Source: the human T2T-CHM13v2.0 reference genome, Homo sapiens. Taken from it: 64,000 bases of DNA. The translations under genes and the position numbers were made by a program. The stretch lies in NCBI RefSeq assembly GCF_009914755.1, contig NC_060942.1, one strand, 5' to 3'. The stretch's first letter is position 1. Each line of letters begins with the position of its first letter. The notes beneath the pieces were generated by a model. The model made no database searches. It worked only from the letters and a program-made list of their open reading frames with translations, and was not told the origin of the DNA. This document shows positions 50,298 to 64,000 of the stretch, in pieces.

Positions 50298-50976
50298 ATA
50301 CACACAACAACATGAATAATTATCAAAGACAGTATCCTAAGCCAGTCTCAAAAGGTTATATGCTATACGTTTCCATTTATATGATATTGTGGAAAAGGCA
50401 AAACTATAGGTACTGAGAACACATCCGTAGTTGTCAAGGGTTAAGGTGGAGGAGGATAGGACCATAAAAGGATAGCATGAGTTAGTATTTTGGGTGATAG
50501 AACTATTCTGTATCCTGATTGTGATGGTTATTGCATGAATTTATATATGTTAAAACCTCTAGAGCTAAAACTCTCCCCAAAAAAGTCAATTTTGTTGTAT
50601 ATTAATTTAAAAAATTAAAAGATGGTGTTAGATTCTAGTTAGGGAGCAAGAGTATCAGAAAAGGACATTTATGTAAACCTAAGTGTACTACAAGCCGAGA
50701 TCATTACCAGTTATAACTAGGATATAGCGATTGTCTATTTAAGGGAAAGAATTTTTTTTTAAGTAATGGAACTACGGTTAACCTTACAAACTTCAAAATA
50801 GTAAAATACGTAAAGAGAAATTAACACTAGCCTGTGAATCTGGTAGTGGGAAGAAGATTCACTGGCGGAGGAATAAGGAGTCCTGCTCAAATATCAGACT
50901 CCAGAGCACATCAAATGGAGCCTGAGCCTGAAGATGAGTGTAACGACAGAAGAACGTGAGCAAGAGTCAGATCTGA

Positions 50977-51427
<451 letters not shown>

Positions 51428-51794
51428 GGTTCCCCTTTTGAAGAGAGCAATTCAGACGGCCATTAACTATATAAGCACAAGAAAAGTCCAAAGATCCTGG
51501 AGCTACCTAGGGAACAGAGCTCCAAAGAAAGCCTCCTGCGTGGAAGCTTCCCTGAGGAAGAGCTGATAACACCTTAAACCTCCTCTGGATTCAAGTTAAA
51601 GGTGAGAGGGAAATTTTCCAGTGGAATCCTGCCCAGCAGTTAATTACAAATGGCAAATTTTAAATCATCTCTGCTTTGGTGTTCTGTGTTAGAATGGAAA
51701 TGGAGATGGACAAACTGTTTACTTCTTTCATTTACTTTGTAGCGCTGGGGTGAGGGGACTCTAGGCTGTTTTGTTTCAAGGAATTGTTTAAACT

Positions 51795-52125
<331 letters not shown>

Positions 52126-52322
52126 CAGATTTTCAAAGTGAGGGTAAATTCTAGGAAATAAAACAGAAGATTATAGAGGTGAATAATTTAAGAATTTTAA
52201 TTAATGCATAGAAAATAATAGTGCATAGTGCTGGTGTCTTAGAATATGTTTACTATTCTTTGAATATTTATTTCTGAAATTCGTCCCTTCATTTGACAGA
52301 GCTGTATGTGGATTACTACAAA

Positions 52323-52341
52323 TGTCCACCAGAGGGAGACT
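52323..52341 (+). promoter_or_regulatory. Candidate CTCF site
   Basis: tgtCCACCAGAGGGAGac closely matches the CTCF core, in unique sequence. Confidence 0.5.
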
Positions 52342-53590
52342 CAAGACTGAGTTTTCCCCTTGGGGTTCCTTCAGGTTTAATTAGTACTTGGGCCAAAATC
52401 TCTACCACATGTTGTTATAGGGAGGCAATCCAAGACGGCGAAGAGATTTATGGTTCTGGAATGAGATAAAAGGATAAATAAAGGGATGGTTCTATCCTTA
52501 AACATCCCTGCTTTTTCTCTGGGGCTTGGGTCACTTTCTCTTACTGATCCTCTGAGGTTTGCAAAACTGAGTTATTTGTCTGCTTTTGAAAGCAAAGCCC
52601 TTAGGATTCCTGGCACTATCCACGCTGAAAAAAACCGTAGGAATACTCCCACCCACTAGCAAAGAAATGTGTCATTCAACTCACAGGAGGCATTTACTAA
52701 ATTCAAGAGATCCCTCCAGGGATTATAAATGTTCTGCCAGAGCCAAAGGCAATCTAGTCCCAAGCCATACCATGGAATTTGGTAGAGGATGGTTTTAGTC
52801 TTCCCTGAAGTCTTCATTTGTTAGTTCATTCAACAAAGAGGAAGACTTTATTAAGAGGCAGGTATTGTTTCACTTTTTAAAAGATATCTCTAATTATAGG
52901 AAAAATCTAATAATGAAATGAATTTATCATTAACATGCAAAAGCTGTTCTAAAACAGATTTCTGAATAGAACATGTTGTTGGTATAGTTTACATTTGAGA
53001 TTTTAGGAAACACTTTTATATCACCTATTATGTGCAAAGGGGAAAAGCTTTTTGACAAACAGATATTAACATAGAAGTACAACTATGAGGCACTGCTGTG
53101 ATTTTCCTTTTCAGAGTTTTGTTTTTTAATAAATCAGACATAGATGGTTGCACAATTACTTTCTATTCATGATCACCTAATTTCCCACATTAAGCCCTGA
53201 AACCAAATCTTGAAAATGAAAATAAAATTAGACTGCAACCTGCCACCCACTAGGGAACAAACACCTCTACATGCCTTGGCTACAAATTTAACAATAAAAA
53301 AAGACTTTAAATCCCACTTTAATATCTAGGACTTGGGGGTCTGGGGTCAGGTAAAAGCAGGGTAATAGCAAAGGAGTGATTTTTCCCTTACTTCTAGGTT
53401 AAGCAGGCTGGTTGTACGGGAAGCAGTGACTGGTAAAGAGTTAAAGCTCACAGAGTTAACTCACTGGTTAAGAGTTAAAGCTGGTTAAGAGTACAAGCTC
53501 ACAGATTTGCAGTGAGAAAGAACCCAAGCTCTTAGCATCCTTTTCCTTGGGCTCTAAATCAGTTGTGGGAAACAGTGAAAGGTAACATAC

Positions 53591-53750
53591 AGGACAGGAT
53601 TTTTTTAGCGAGATCACCTTCAGCCATGGTTTCTGATGCAAAATGTTCTCCCGCCAGCACCCAAGACCATAGATGCTGTGGCGGTGGTGGCAGCAAACAC
53701 TGGGCATGCTTGGACGGGCAGCCACAGGGTTGCCACGGTCTCGGCAGGGT
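53591..53750 (-). other. Candidate exon with Kozak ATG (MAEGDLAKKILS, phase-1 donor)
   Basis: GC/CpG-enriched unique block; gaaaccATGg at 53627; donor GTATGT at 53590-53585. Confidence 0.4.
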
Positions 53751-54771
53751 CTAGTAGACAGAGGTCTTGTGATATCTGCTGGGAGTCATGGGAACAAGTG
53801 GGAATTTATCTTTGGTTCCAGAGAACATAAAATGACCCATTTCTTCCAGTTGCGCAATAAAAGAGAAACTTAAGAAGGAAAAATGAACCAGTATAAAATG
53901 TAAACTTAGCTGTGTCTGTTTTGGTCCTAGAGGAGCAAAGGTGATTGGATTGACTGCAGAGACTATGACACCTCGCCATTTCCTCTTGTCCATAAACAGA
54001 CACAGAATTGCAAGAACTTTTACGGCCAAAGGTTAATCATAGAAAGGGATTGGTTTCCATCTCCAAGAAACAAATCCGTACCAGAAATCTGATGACATGT
54101 TCCTGGATGGACCATAAAAACCATTTTCCTAAATAACATCAGCTGACTCTCTGGATTCTATCTTTGGGACTATCCTCAAATTCATTAGGGAAATCATTAT
54201 ATTGAATCAGTTTAATTTTACCAGGGTATCACACCATTTGCAAAGCTATGTCATACAATCACATAGTCAGTATGGATGAAAATACTATTAATTAGAGATA
54301 AGCATTTGTCCAAGAACTTGCTGTAATAGGATCTTGTGGGGATTTATCAAATCTTGTGAGGATTTATCGTAGTCCTTTGCCAATCAGAAACACAAAATAG
54401 ATTTAGATGTAAAAATGGAGTTCTCCATCTTACAGGAATAGGTCCTTGTGACTTTTTCTTTCTAAGAAAAAAAATGAGCTCATTTCATTATTCTCACCCT
54501 CCTCTCCTGTTTAAAGAAATCTGATCTGGTAGGAAATAACAAGCAATGAGCCTTAAATTTTAGTATTATCTTTTTAAGAGTTTCTTAAAATTGCCTTTTG
54601 AAAGTAGTTCAGGCTTAGGCCCAAAAATAATTATACTTAGGTCATAAAAACAGAATTTCTAATATGCAAAATTCTTTTAGAAAATCTTTTAAAACATAAT
54701 AACCATGTAAACCTTACTCTCCATTTCTTTATGAAGAATGGAAATTAAACATGATAAAATAATCTAATTTT

Positions 54772-55063
54772 GGCCAGGCACAATGGTGTTTGCCTGTAAT
54801 CCCAGTGCTTTGGGAGGCTAATGTGGGAGGATCACTTGAGCCCAGGAGTTCAAGACAGCCTGGGCAACACAGCAAGACCCTGTCTCTACAAAATATTTAA
54901 AAATTAGCCTGGCATGCTGGTGCATGCCTGTAATCCCAGCTACTCAGGAGGCTGAGGCAGGAGGACTGCTTGAGCCTAGGAGTTCAAGGTTACAGTGAGC
55001 TATGATAGTGCCACTGCACTCATGCCTGGGCAACAGTATGGCCCTATCTCTTAAAAAAAAAAA
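54772..55063 (+). mobile_element. AluJ
   Basis: 'ggaggatcacttgagcccaggag', 'gtgagctatgat'. Confidence 0.9.
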
Positions 55064-55113
55064 ATCGAATTTCTTCACAATCAACTTTTGAATGACTTCT
55101 TAAATGACAAAAT

Positions 55114-55410
55114 AGGCTGGGTGCAACGGCTCATGCCTTAATCCCAACACTTTGGGAAGCTGAGGCAGGAGAATTGCTTGAGGATAGGAGTTTGAGAGCA
55201 GCCTGGGCAACAGAGGAAGACCCCATCTCTACAAAAAATACAGAAATTAGCCAGGTTTGGTGGTGCATGCCTGTAGTCCCAGCTACTTGGGAGGCTGAGG
55301 TGGGAGGATCACTTGAGCCCAGGAGGTCAAGGCTACAGTGAGTCATGATCTTGCACTCCAGCCTGGGTGACAGAACGAGACCTTGTATCAAAAAAAATTA
55401 AAATAAAATA
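55114..55410 (+). mobile_element. AluJ
   Basis: Dimeric Alu; TSD-like aatgacaaaata/agtgacaaaata. Confidence 0.9.
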
Positions 55411-56030
55411 AGTGACAAAATATATTTATCTTATAGCTTAATATATTTGTGTTTCCTAATGGAAAAGTTGTAAGATAAAGTCCCACAGGAATGAATTCTA
55501 GAAAGGCTCTATAATTATAATTTATGTAAACTACACACTTGTATATTATAGCTTTACAAATCATGTTACACTCTAGTAAAACTAATCTAATAAAGTAATT
55601 TCCTCAGTGTGCCCCCAGACAAAGCTCAGAGAAACATGTGGCTTAGCCAAAGGTAGGTATGTGGTAGATCCCAGCCCAGAATGCAAGTGTCCTAATCCAG
55701 TGCTCTTTTTTGGCCATCATGATGTTCCTACTCTCTGCTAGATTAGCTCTTGCCATCTCACCATGTTCCTGAAGCCCTCCTCTAAGTGTTGAGCCTCTGG
55801 ACCTCCCTAGTCTGGGTTCTCTGACATAACCCCTCACATCCCACCTGGCCTCCCTTAGCCCATCCTTCCTTGATCATTCTTCCTTGCCCTCTGCTAATAA
55901 GGCCACGCTAACATATATCTGACTTGTTTTCTCCATCAAAAATCTACATCCCCTTCCCTTAACCGTAGAACTAGATATTCTCTGCCTACCAAGGTTACAG
56001 TTATCTTGCCTAATAAATTCATCTGTCTAT

Positions 56031-56261
56031 GCCACGCTTGTCCAACCCATGGCCAGTGAACCACATGAGGCCCAGGATGGCTTTGAATGTGGCCCAACAC
56101 AAATTTGTGAACTTTCTCAACACAATAAGAGTTTTTTTGCAATTTTTTTTTTTTTTTTTTTTTTTTAGCTATCACTATCATTAGTGTATTTTATGTGTGG
56201 CCCAAGACAATTCTTCTTCTTCCCATGTGGACCAGGGAAGCCAAAAGATTAGACACCCCTG
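56031..56261. mobile_element. MER30 hAT-Charlie MITE
   Basis: 'ggatggctttgaatgtggcccaacacaaatt' ... 'gccaaaagattagacacccctg'. Confidence 0.88.
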
Positions 56262-56379
56262 GTCCCCACACTAAGGAAAGAGGGCTAGAGAAGCTCTTTC
56301 CCCTCCTAGGTGACATATGCATGGCTTCTGGAGGAAGAAAAGATATTACAACAGTAGCGCTCTTCAGACCAGCATTGAA

Positions 56380-56580
56380 GTACCCCATGGAGGCCCTTTA
56401 TCAGATTATTGACACATTGAAAACTACCAGATCTCTGTCTTCAGTCTTGATACCTTACTGAAGTTCCAGATCTCTATATCCAATTGCCTGTTGGAATTAG
56501 TGTGACGGTCAGTTTTAGTTACCTATGGTTAGTGGTCATACTGGCCCTGAGCATAGACTTAAAGGGCCTCCATGGGGTAC
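56380..56580. repeat. Perfect 21-bp inverted repeat enclosing an inverted copy of 58747-58859
   Basis: gtaccccatggaggcccttta (56380-56400) / taaagggcctccatggggtac (56560-56580). Confidence 0.9.
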
Positions 56581-56773
56581 AACTCAGATGTCTTTTTTCC
56601 AGGAATAATCACGTCAATCTCAACAACCCACTGCCTACCCAGAATGACCTCTATCTTTGAGAATAAGTATTTTAGCACAAGAAGATTCTGGCCTTTGATT
56701 GGAACAAGATCAATGCAACAACAGGCTTAGCAGCTTACAAACAAAATGGGAAGTAATAATAACTTGTTTATAG

Positions 56774-57111
<338 letters not shown>

Positions 57112-57392
57112 AATATTATTAATTAATTTGTTAATTAATTTAACATATATTCAAGGGTAACCTACTACCTGCTAGGCACATTTTAAAGTCTAGAGATAAG
57201 AGAGAGTATGCTATTTGGGGGGAATTCTAACTTTATTATTCAATACAATCAGAACATAGAGTTCCAGAGAAGAGTGGAAAAAGATAAGGCTCAAGAGGTA
57301 AAGCCAAGAAGGCAAAAAATCAAGAAGACCTAGTGTCACACGAAGGATTTTTGACATTTATGTTTTATAAATAAAGAAAGGAAAGGAGAGAG

Positions 57393-57880
57393 GGAAGGAG
57401 AAAAATAAACTTTTTATCTGAGGAATGTGAACCCCCTCTAATTATCAGGCCTAGAGGCATTGAAATGTGGCAGCATGTGAAACAGTCACCCACTCCCCAC
57501 TTGAGCTAAATAATTGCCTCTTAAAGCCCCTTGCTATGTGGGTTCTAGACACTGACACTAAGTCACCATAAAATGCCATACCTGGACACCATAACTCACA
57601 CCCTATAGTTCAACAATGTATAGCCAATCACTAACCAATGTTATTTCTGTAAACCAATGAGAATTCCTGCCGAACAACTTTGTATCAGCCCACTCCTTGT
57701 CTCTTTTTGCCTAAAAAACCTGCTTGTAACAAAGACCAAGTGGAGCACTCCCCAAGGCAACTTGGAAGTGTGTCACAGGCAGCTGTCCTCAATCTTAGCC
57801 TCACAGGCAGCTGTCTTCAACCTTGGCCCAAACAAACTCTCTATATGAATTGTTCCTCAGTTTCTTTCTTTGCATTGATA
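57393..57880 (+). mobile_element. ERV1-class solo LTR (MER72/LTR47-like)
   Basis: 'tttttatctgaggaatgtga', three CCAAT boxes, internal 28-bp tandem duplication. Confidence 0.65.
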
Positions 57881-58267
57881 GATGGAAAGAAGGAAGTCAC
57901 TGAACAGTTTTAATTAGGAAAAAAATTTGCACTGTAGGAAAATTCCTCTAATAGCAGTGCAGAATTGCAGCAGTAATCTAGGAGAGAAAAAGGCCAGAAC
58001 AAAGGTGGTGACAGTAGGAAAAGAGGGAATTAGAAATGTCCAAAAGACAGCAAAGGTAGAATCAATGGCTCTAGTAACTATCTGAAGAGACTGAGCTGAG
58101 AATGGGGAGGGAGAAGGTGAAAGTGACTGCCATGTTTTTGGTTTGGGCGGCCGGGTAAAGGAGGTGCCATTAACTGAGATAAGAAGGAGAAGGAGCATGT
58201 GTAAGGAAGAAGACAATGGTTTGATTTTTGTCCTTTGAATTTAAGATGCTGGTGAAATATCTTAACT

Positions 58268-58762
58268 ATATTAGAGTTTTCCAGAGAAACAGAACCTATA
58301 GGATATATAGACATATATAAGAGGAGATTTATTTTGGGAATTGGTTCATGCAATTATGAAGGCTGAAAAGTCCCGTGATATGCCATCTGCAAGTGAGAGA
58401 ACCAGGAAAGCTGGTTGTGTAATTCAGTATGAGTCTGAAGACCTAAAAACCTGGAAGCGTTGAGGGGAGAACTACTGGCCTAAGTCCCAAAGGCCTGATA
58501 ACCAGGAATTCTAATGTCCGAGGGCAGGAGAAGATAGATGTCCCTGCTCAAAAGAAAGTGAATTTGCCCTTCTTCCACCTTCTTGATCTATCCTCAGTGG
58601 ATTGGATGATGCCCACCCACACTGGTGAGGGTGGATCTTTATTCAGTCTACTGATTCAGATATTAATCTCTTCTGGAAACACACACAGAGATACACCCAG
58701 AAATAGTGTTTTCACAACTATCTGGGTATCCCATCAAGTTGACACATAAAACTAACCATTAT
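58268..58762 (-). mobile_element. MLT2 (ERVL) solo LTR
   Basis: 'tccagagaaacagaacctatagga' ... 'caagttgacacataaaactaaccat'; 5-bp TSD ttaac/ctaac. Confidence 0.88.
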
Positions 58763-59599
58763 ACTAACTGTCCAACAGGCAATTGGGTATAGAGATCTAG
58801 AACGTCAGTAAGGTATCAAGACTGAATACAGAGATCTGGTAGTTTTCAGTGTATCAACAGTCTTCACCAAAAACATCTAGAATTATTCCTATTTTACAGA
58901 TTAAAAGCCCATACTGCATATCTATTGATGCCATATGCCCAGAACCCTTTCCTTCTTGATTTAGTAACAGCCTCCATCTTTAAAAAATGAAAACCATTAA
59001 AAAACCACTTCTCCCAGACCGTAGGTAAGTGGTTTGGGTGGAGCCAGTGTCATGTCCTATGCCTCCCAAGGCCAGTGACCCAAGCTGACCATTATAGTAC
59101 CTTACACTTCTGGCCACAGTCTCAAGGTGACCTGATCAAAAGAATGAGAATCTTGAGTAGATTTTTGTAAACTATAACTGGTGTGAAGGTCTCCTTCCTC
59201 TCATAGCAAAACTGTTCACATGTCTGCACCAAACTACTAATATACAACACAGACAGGCAGAAGTGCAGTGGGAGGGAATCAAACTGAGGTCCATGAGAAG
59301 CAGAGAGGAAGCCCAGTTGCAGTAAAACCTTGGTTCCCATGTGTTCTACTATGCCCCTGCCCTTCTAGTTACATCCACCGTGAATCCATCCCAGGGGCCA
59401 AGCTAGTTCAACTTGAGTCTTTGTCCCAAGTAATAAAAGATGCAGAAATTGAGACTTGAATAGTTTAAATGACTTGACCAAGATAATACTCAGACAAGTA
59501 ATAGGCAGACCTTCAAATCAAACCCAGGGCATTCTGGCCACTGCATGGTATTGCCAAGTACAGGGTTCTAAAGTGATGCCCACTTTCTGGCTAGAGGAG

Positions 59600-59850
59600 A
59601 ATCTCCAGACTATGTGGTTGAGTGAACAACTACAACAAAAAAAATAGTCAAGACCCGGGTTCAAATTTGGACAAGCTCAATTACTGCAACATTAAGCAAA
59701 TCAATTACTCTTTTTGAGGCCCACTTATAAAATGAAATAATATCGCTCCTGCTCACTCTATAGGTGTTTGGTTAATTAAGGATGTTAATACATGTGAGAG
59801 CATTTTGAAAACAGTAAAGAACCTGCCCCAAGGTAAGTAATGCTAATCTC
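59600..59850 (+). mobile_element. MIR
   Basis: 'agtcaagacccgggttcaaat...aagcaaatcaattactct'. Confidence 0.6.
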
Positions 59851-60559
59851 TATCAGCAATAGAAATGTGTATTGAATCTATTCTCTCTCTTGTTGCTAAA
59901 ACCTACAATCTTAGGGGTGGGAAACAGAAATCAAGAATGTTATCTCATCCATGTTAATTTCCATCTGAATAAACAGTCACTTCTGTGTTATTGTTGTTAC
60001 TGAACATTTATTGAAAGCCAGACAGGGTCTGGGTGCCCTGGAAAATACAAAATCTAGAGAAGTGTCTGGGAAAGGCAGGAAACCCAGAGCAATGCTTGGC
60101 ATGGTACTTGGGAACAAGAAACCAAATGTGTGGTTCCCAAGTCCCCTTCAGAATTAACATAGCACTGTGTCCACATTACTGAGCCTGTTCTGCACTGCCT
60201 ATTTCCACTCCCCACTCTCATGGGGCATTTTTGGAGACTGGTAAGATAATTCAGTATGCAGGTCTTGGGGGACAGAGTATGATGTTATGTAATTAGGCTT
60301 GACTCTGTTTATTGCAGACATCACTTCATTTTGAAAACAGAAATCTGTCTTTTCCTTTGGAGCATTTTTTATAACATCATAAGGATGTCAGTGTTTCTCT
60401 TTGCTGCACAGGTATACTGTGCTTAGACGATAGGAAATTTTTGGCCTGAAAATGTACATGTAAATCATATTTCATCAAAATCAAATTACATCCAAAATAC
60501 AATTGAGGCGTTCACTATTTCTGGGGTCCCTGTGGAAAATCATACAAGAGGCAATACTG

Positions 60560-60790
60560 CATATAGGAAAGAATGGAGGGTGGGAGCCAGAAAATCAAAC
60601 TGAAGCCCCAGTTCAATCTCTTCCTACCTGTGTGACTTTTGGTAAGTCTTTTAGCCTCTGCCCAACAGTTTTCACATCTGTAAAATGAAGATGCCATGAG
60701 GTTGGTTTTTTTTTTAACCTACTTTATGGATTTTGTGAGGACCCAGTGAAATGTTTTAGAGAAGGATAAAGAAAGGCTAAATCCATATCC
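60560..60790 (+). mobile_element. MIR
   Basis: 'tgtgtgacttttggtaagtc...cagttttcacatctgtaaaatg'. Confidence 0.7.
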
Positions 60791-61292
60791 TCTAGGATTT
60801 CAAACCCTCTTCATAAAAATCCACTTACAAGAATTGGAAACAACACAGGGGGGAAAGCAAAGGGTATGAAAATGAAGCCATTTTAAGCAACAAGCGTATT
60901 GCCACACATAGCCAGACTCCATACATTATATTTCTTGAATGAATAAAAAGAAGGTATAGCTGATTCTGCCACCATTTACTATTCTGTGCCTTGGGAAATC
61001 TCAAACAGCCTTACACTTGGGTGGCACTCACTTATTCTTACAATAAAGATCACCAGCAACCTAATAAAAAATAACTCATTCTTAGAGTGCCACAGTTGCA
61101 CAAATCACTTGCATGCCTTAAGTGATTCATTTGAGAAGTCTTTTCTGTCACAAGATATGTTTCTCAGAATGTGATTCTCAAGACACCAGAGTCAGAATTA
61201 CCTAGATTCATGTAGCAAATGTAGAATTCTAGATCAAGCCCACATTTGACAAATTAGAATCTCTGGGGATGTGTCTGGATAATTTGCATTTT

Positions 61293-61316
61293 CACACACA
61301 CACACACACACACACA
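61293..61316. repeat. (CA)n microsatellite within a MER5-like fragment
   Basis: Direct inspection. Confidence 0.9.
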
Positions 61317-61715
61317 GATACACACTAACCCACTCCTACACTGTAATTCCAAAGTTTGACAGCAATTTTCAGGTTTCCAAGAATAAGAAAAACTATGACA
61401 TCTTTGGAAGAACCTGGCTCAGTAAAAGTTCCTTTAATCTCCTCGGCCTTTTTTTTTTTTTTTTTGTCTTTGCTAAATGTAATAAACACTTCTAGTAAGT
61501 CCTGGAAATTAATCATGCCATAAAAAGTTAATTAAAACTAACTTAAACCTATAAAAAGAATCAGTCCCTGAAATTTACACATGTACACTGTACATTTATT
61601 ATGTAATTTACACATGTACACTGTGAAGCATAATATAATTTTTTTTGTGAATAGCTTTTTCATCTAACAATATATCTTGGATAACTTTCCATGTTGCTAC
61701 TTATGGATCTATATT

Positions 61716-64000
<2,285 letters not shown>

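Larger units (their letters stand above)
57125..58860 (-). mobile_element. L2 fragments interrupted by two LTRs
   Basis: 'ggaggtgccattaactgagataagaagg' and 'tgtccaacaggcaattgggtatagagatct' are L2-like. Confidence 0.65.

Noticed and set aside
57773-57828. 28-bp direct repeat, considered as CRISPR-like
   Set aside because: Two adjacent copies with no spacer, inside an LTR, in eukaryotic DNA
61572-61624. Direct repeat aatttacacatgtacactgt
   Set aside because: Simple 20-bp local duplication in an old repeat fragment

Overview
Primate (human-like) genomic DNA made up mostly of decayed transposable elements: LINE-1 of several ages, Alu/FLAM/FAM, L2, L3/CR1, MIR, ERVL/MaLR/ERV1 LTR elements and hAT/Tigger DNA transposons. 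I recognise no intact protein-coding gene, RNA gene or CRISPR array. Nearly all long ORFs are broken L1 ORF1/ORF2, Alu or ERVL pol frames. L1s are mostly on the + strand and three splice-bounded unique segments lie on the - strand (43.9, 44.2-44.6 and 53.6-53.75 kb), so the window may be inside a large minus-strand gene that I cannot name. The best observations are structural: two non-L1 retrocopies with target-site duplications (TSDs) inside L1s, an L1 with two different 3' ends inside one TSD pair, an internally deleted L1 that splits an ERVL pol, an Alu that captured foreign sequence, a six-level nested insertion stack, and a local inverted duplication bracketed by a perfect 21-bp inverted repeat. 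I found no convincing evidence of a new biological system. Subfamily names come from recalled consensus features and need RepeatMasker/Dfam confirmation; boundaries without a stated TSD are approximate.
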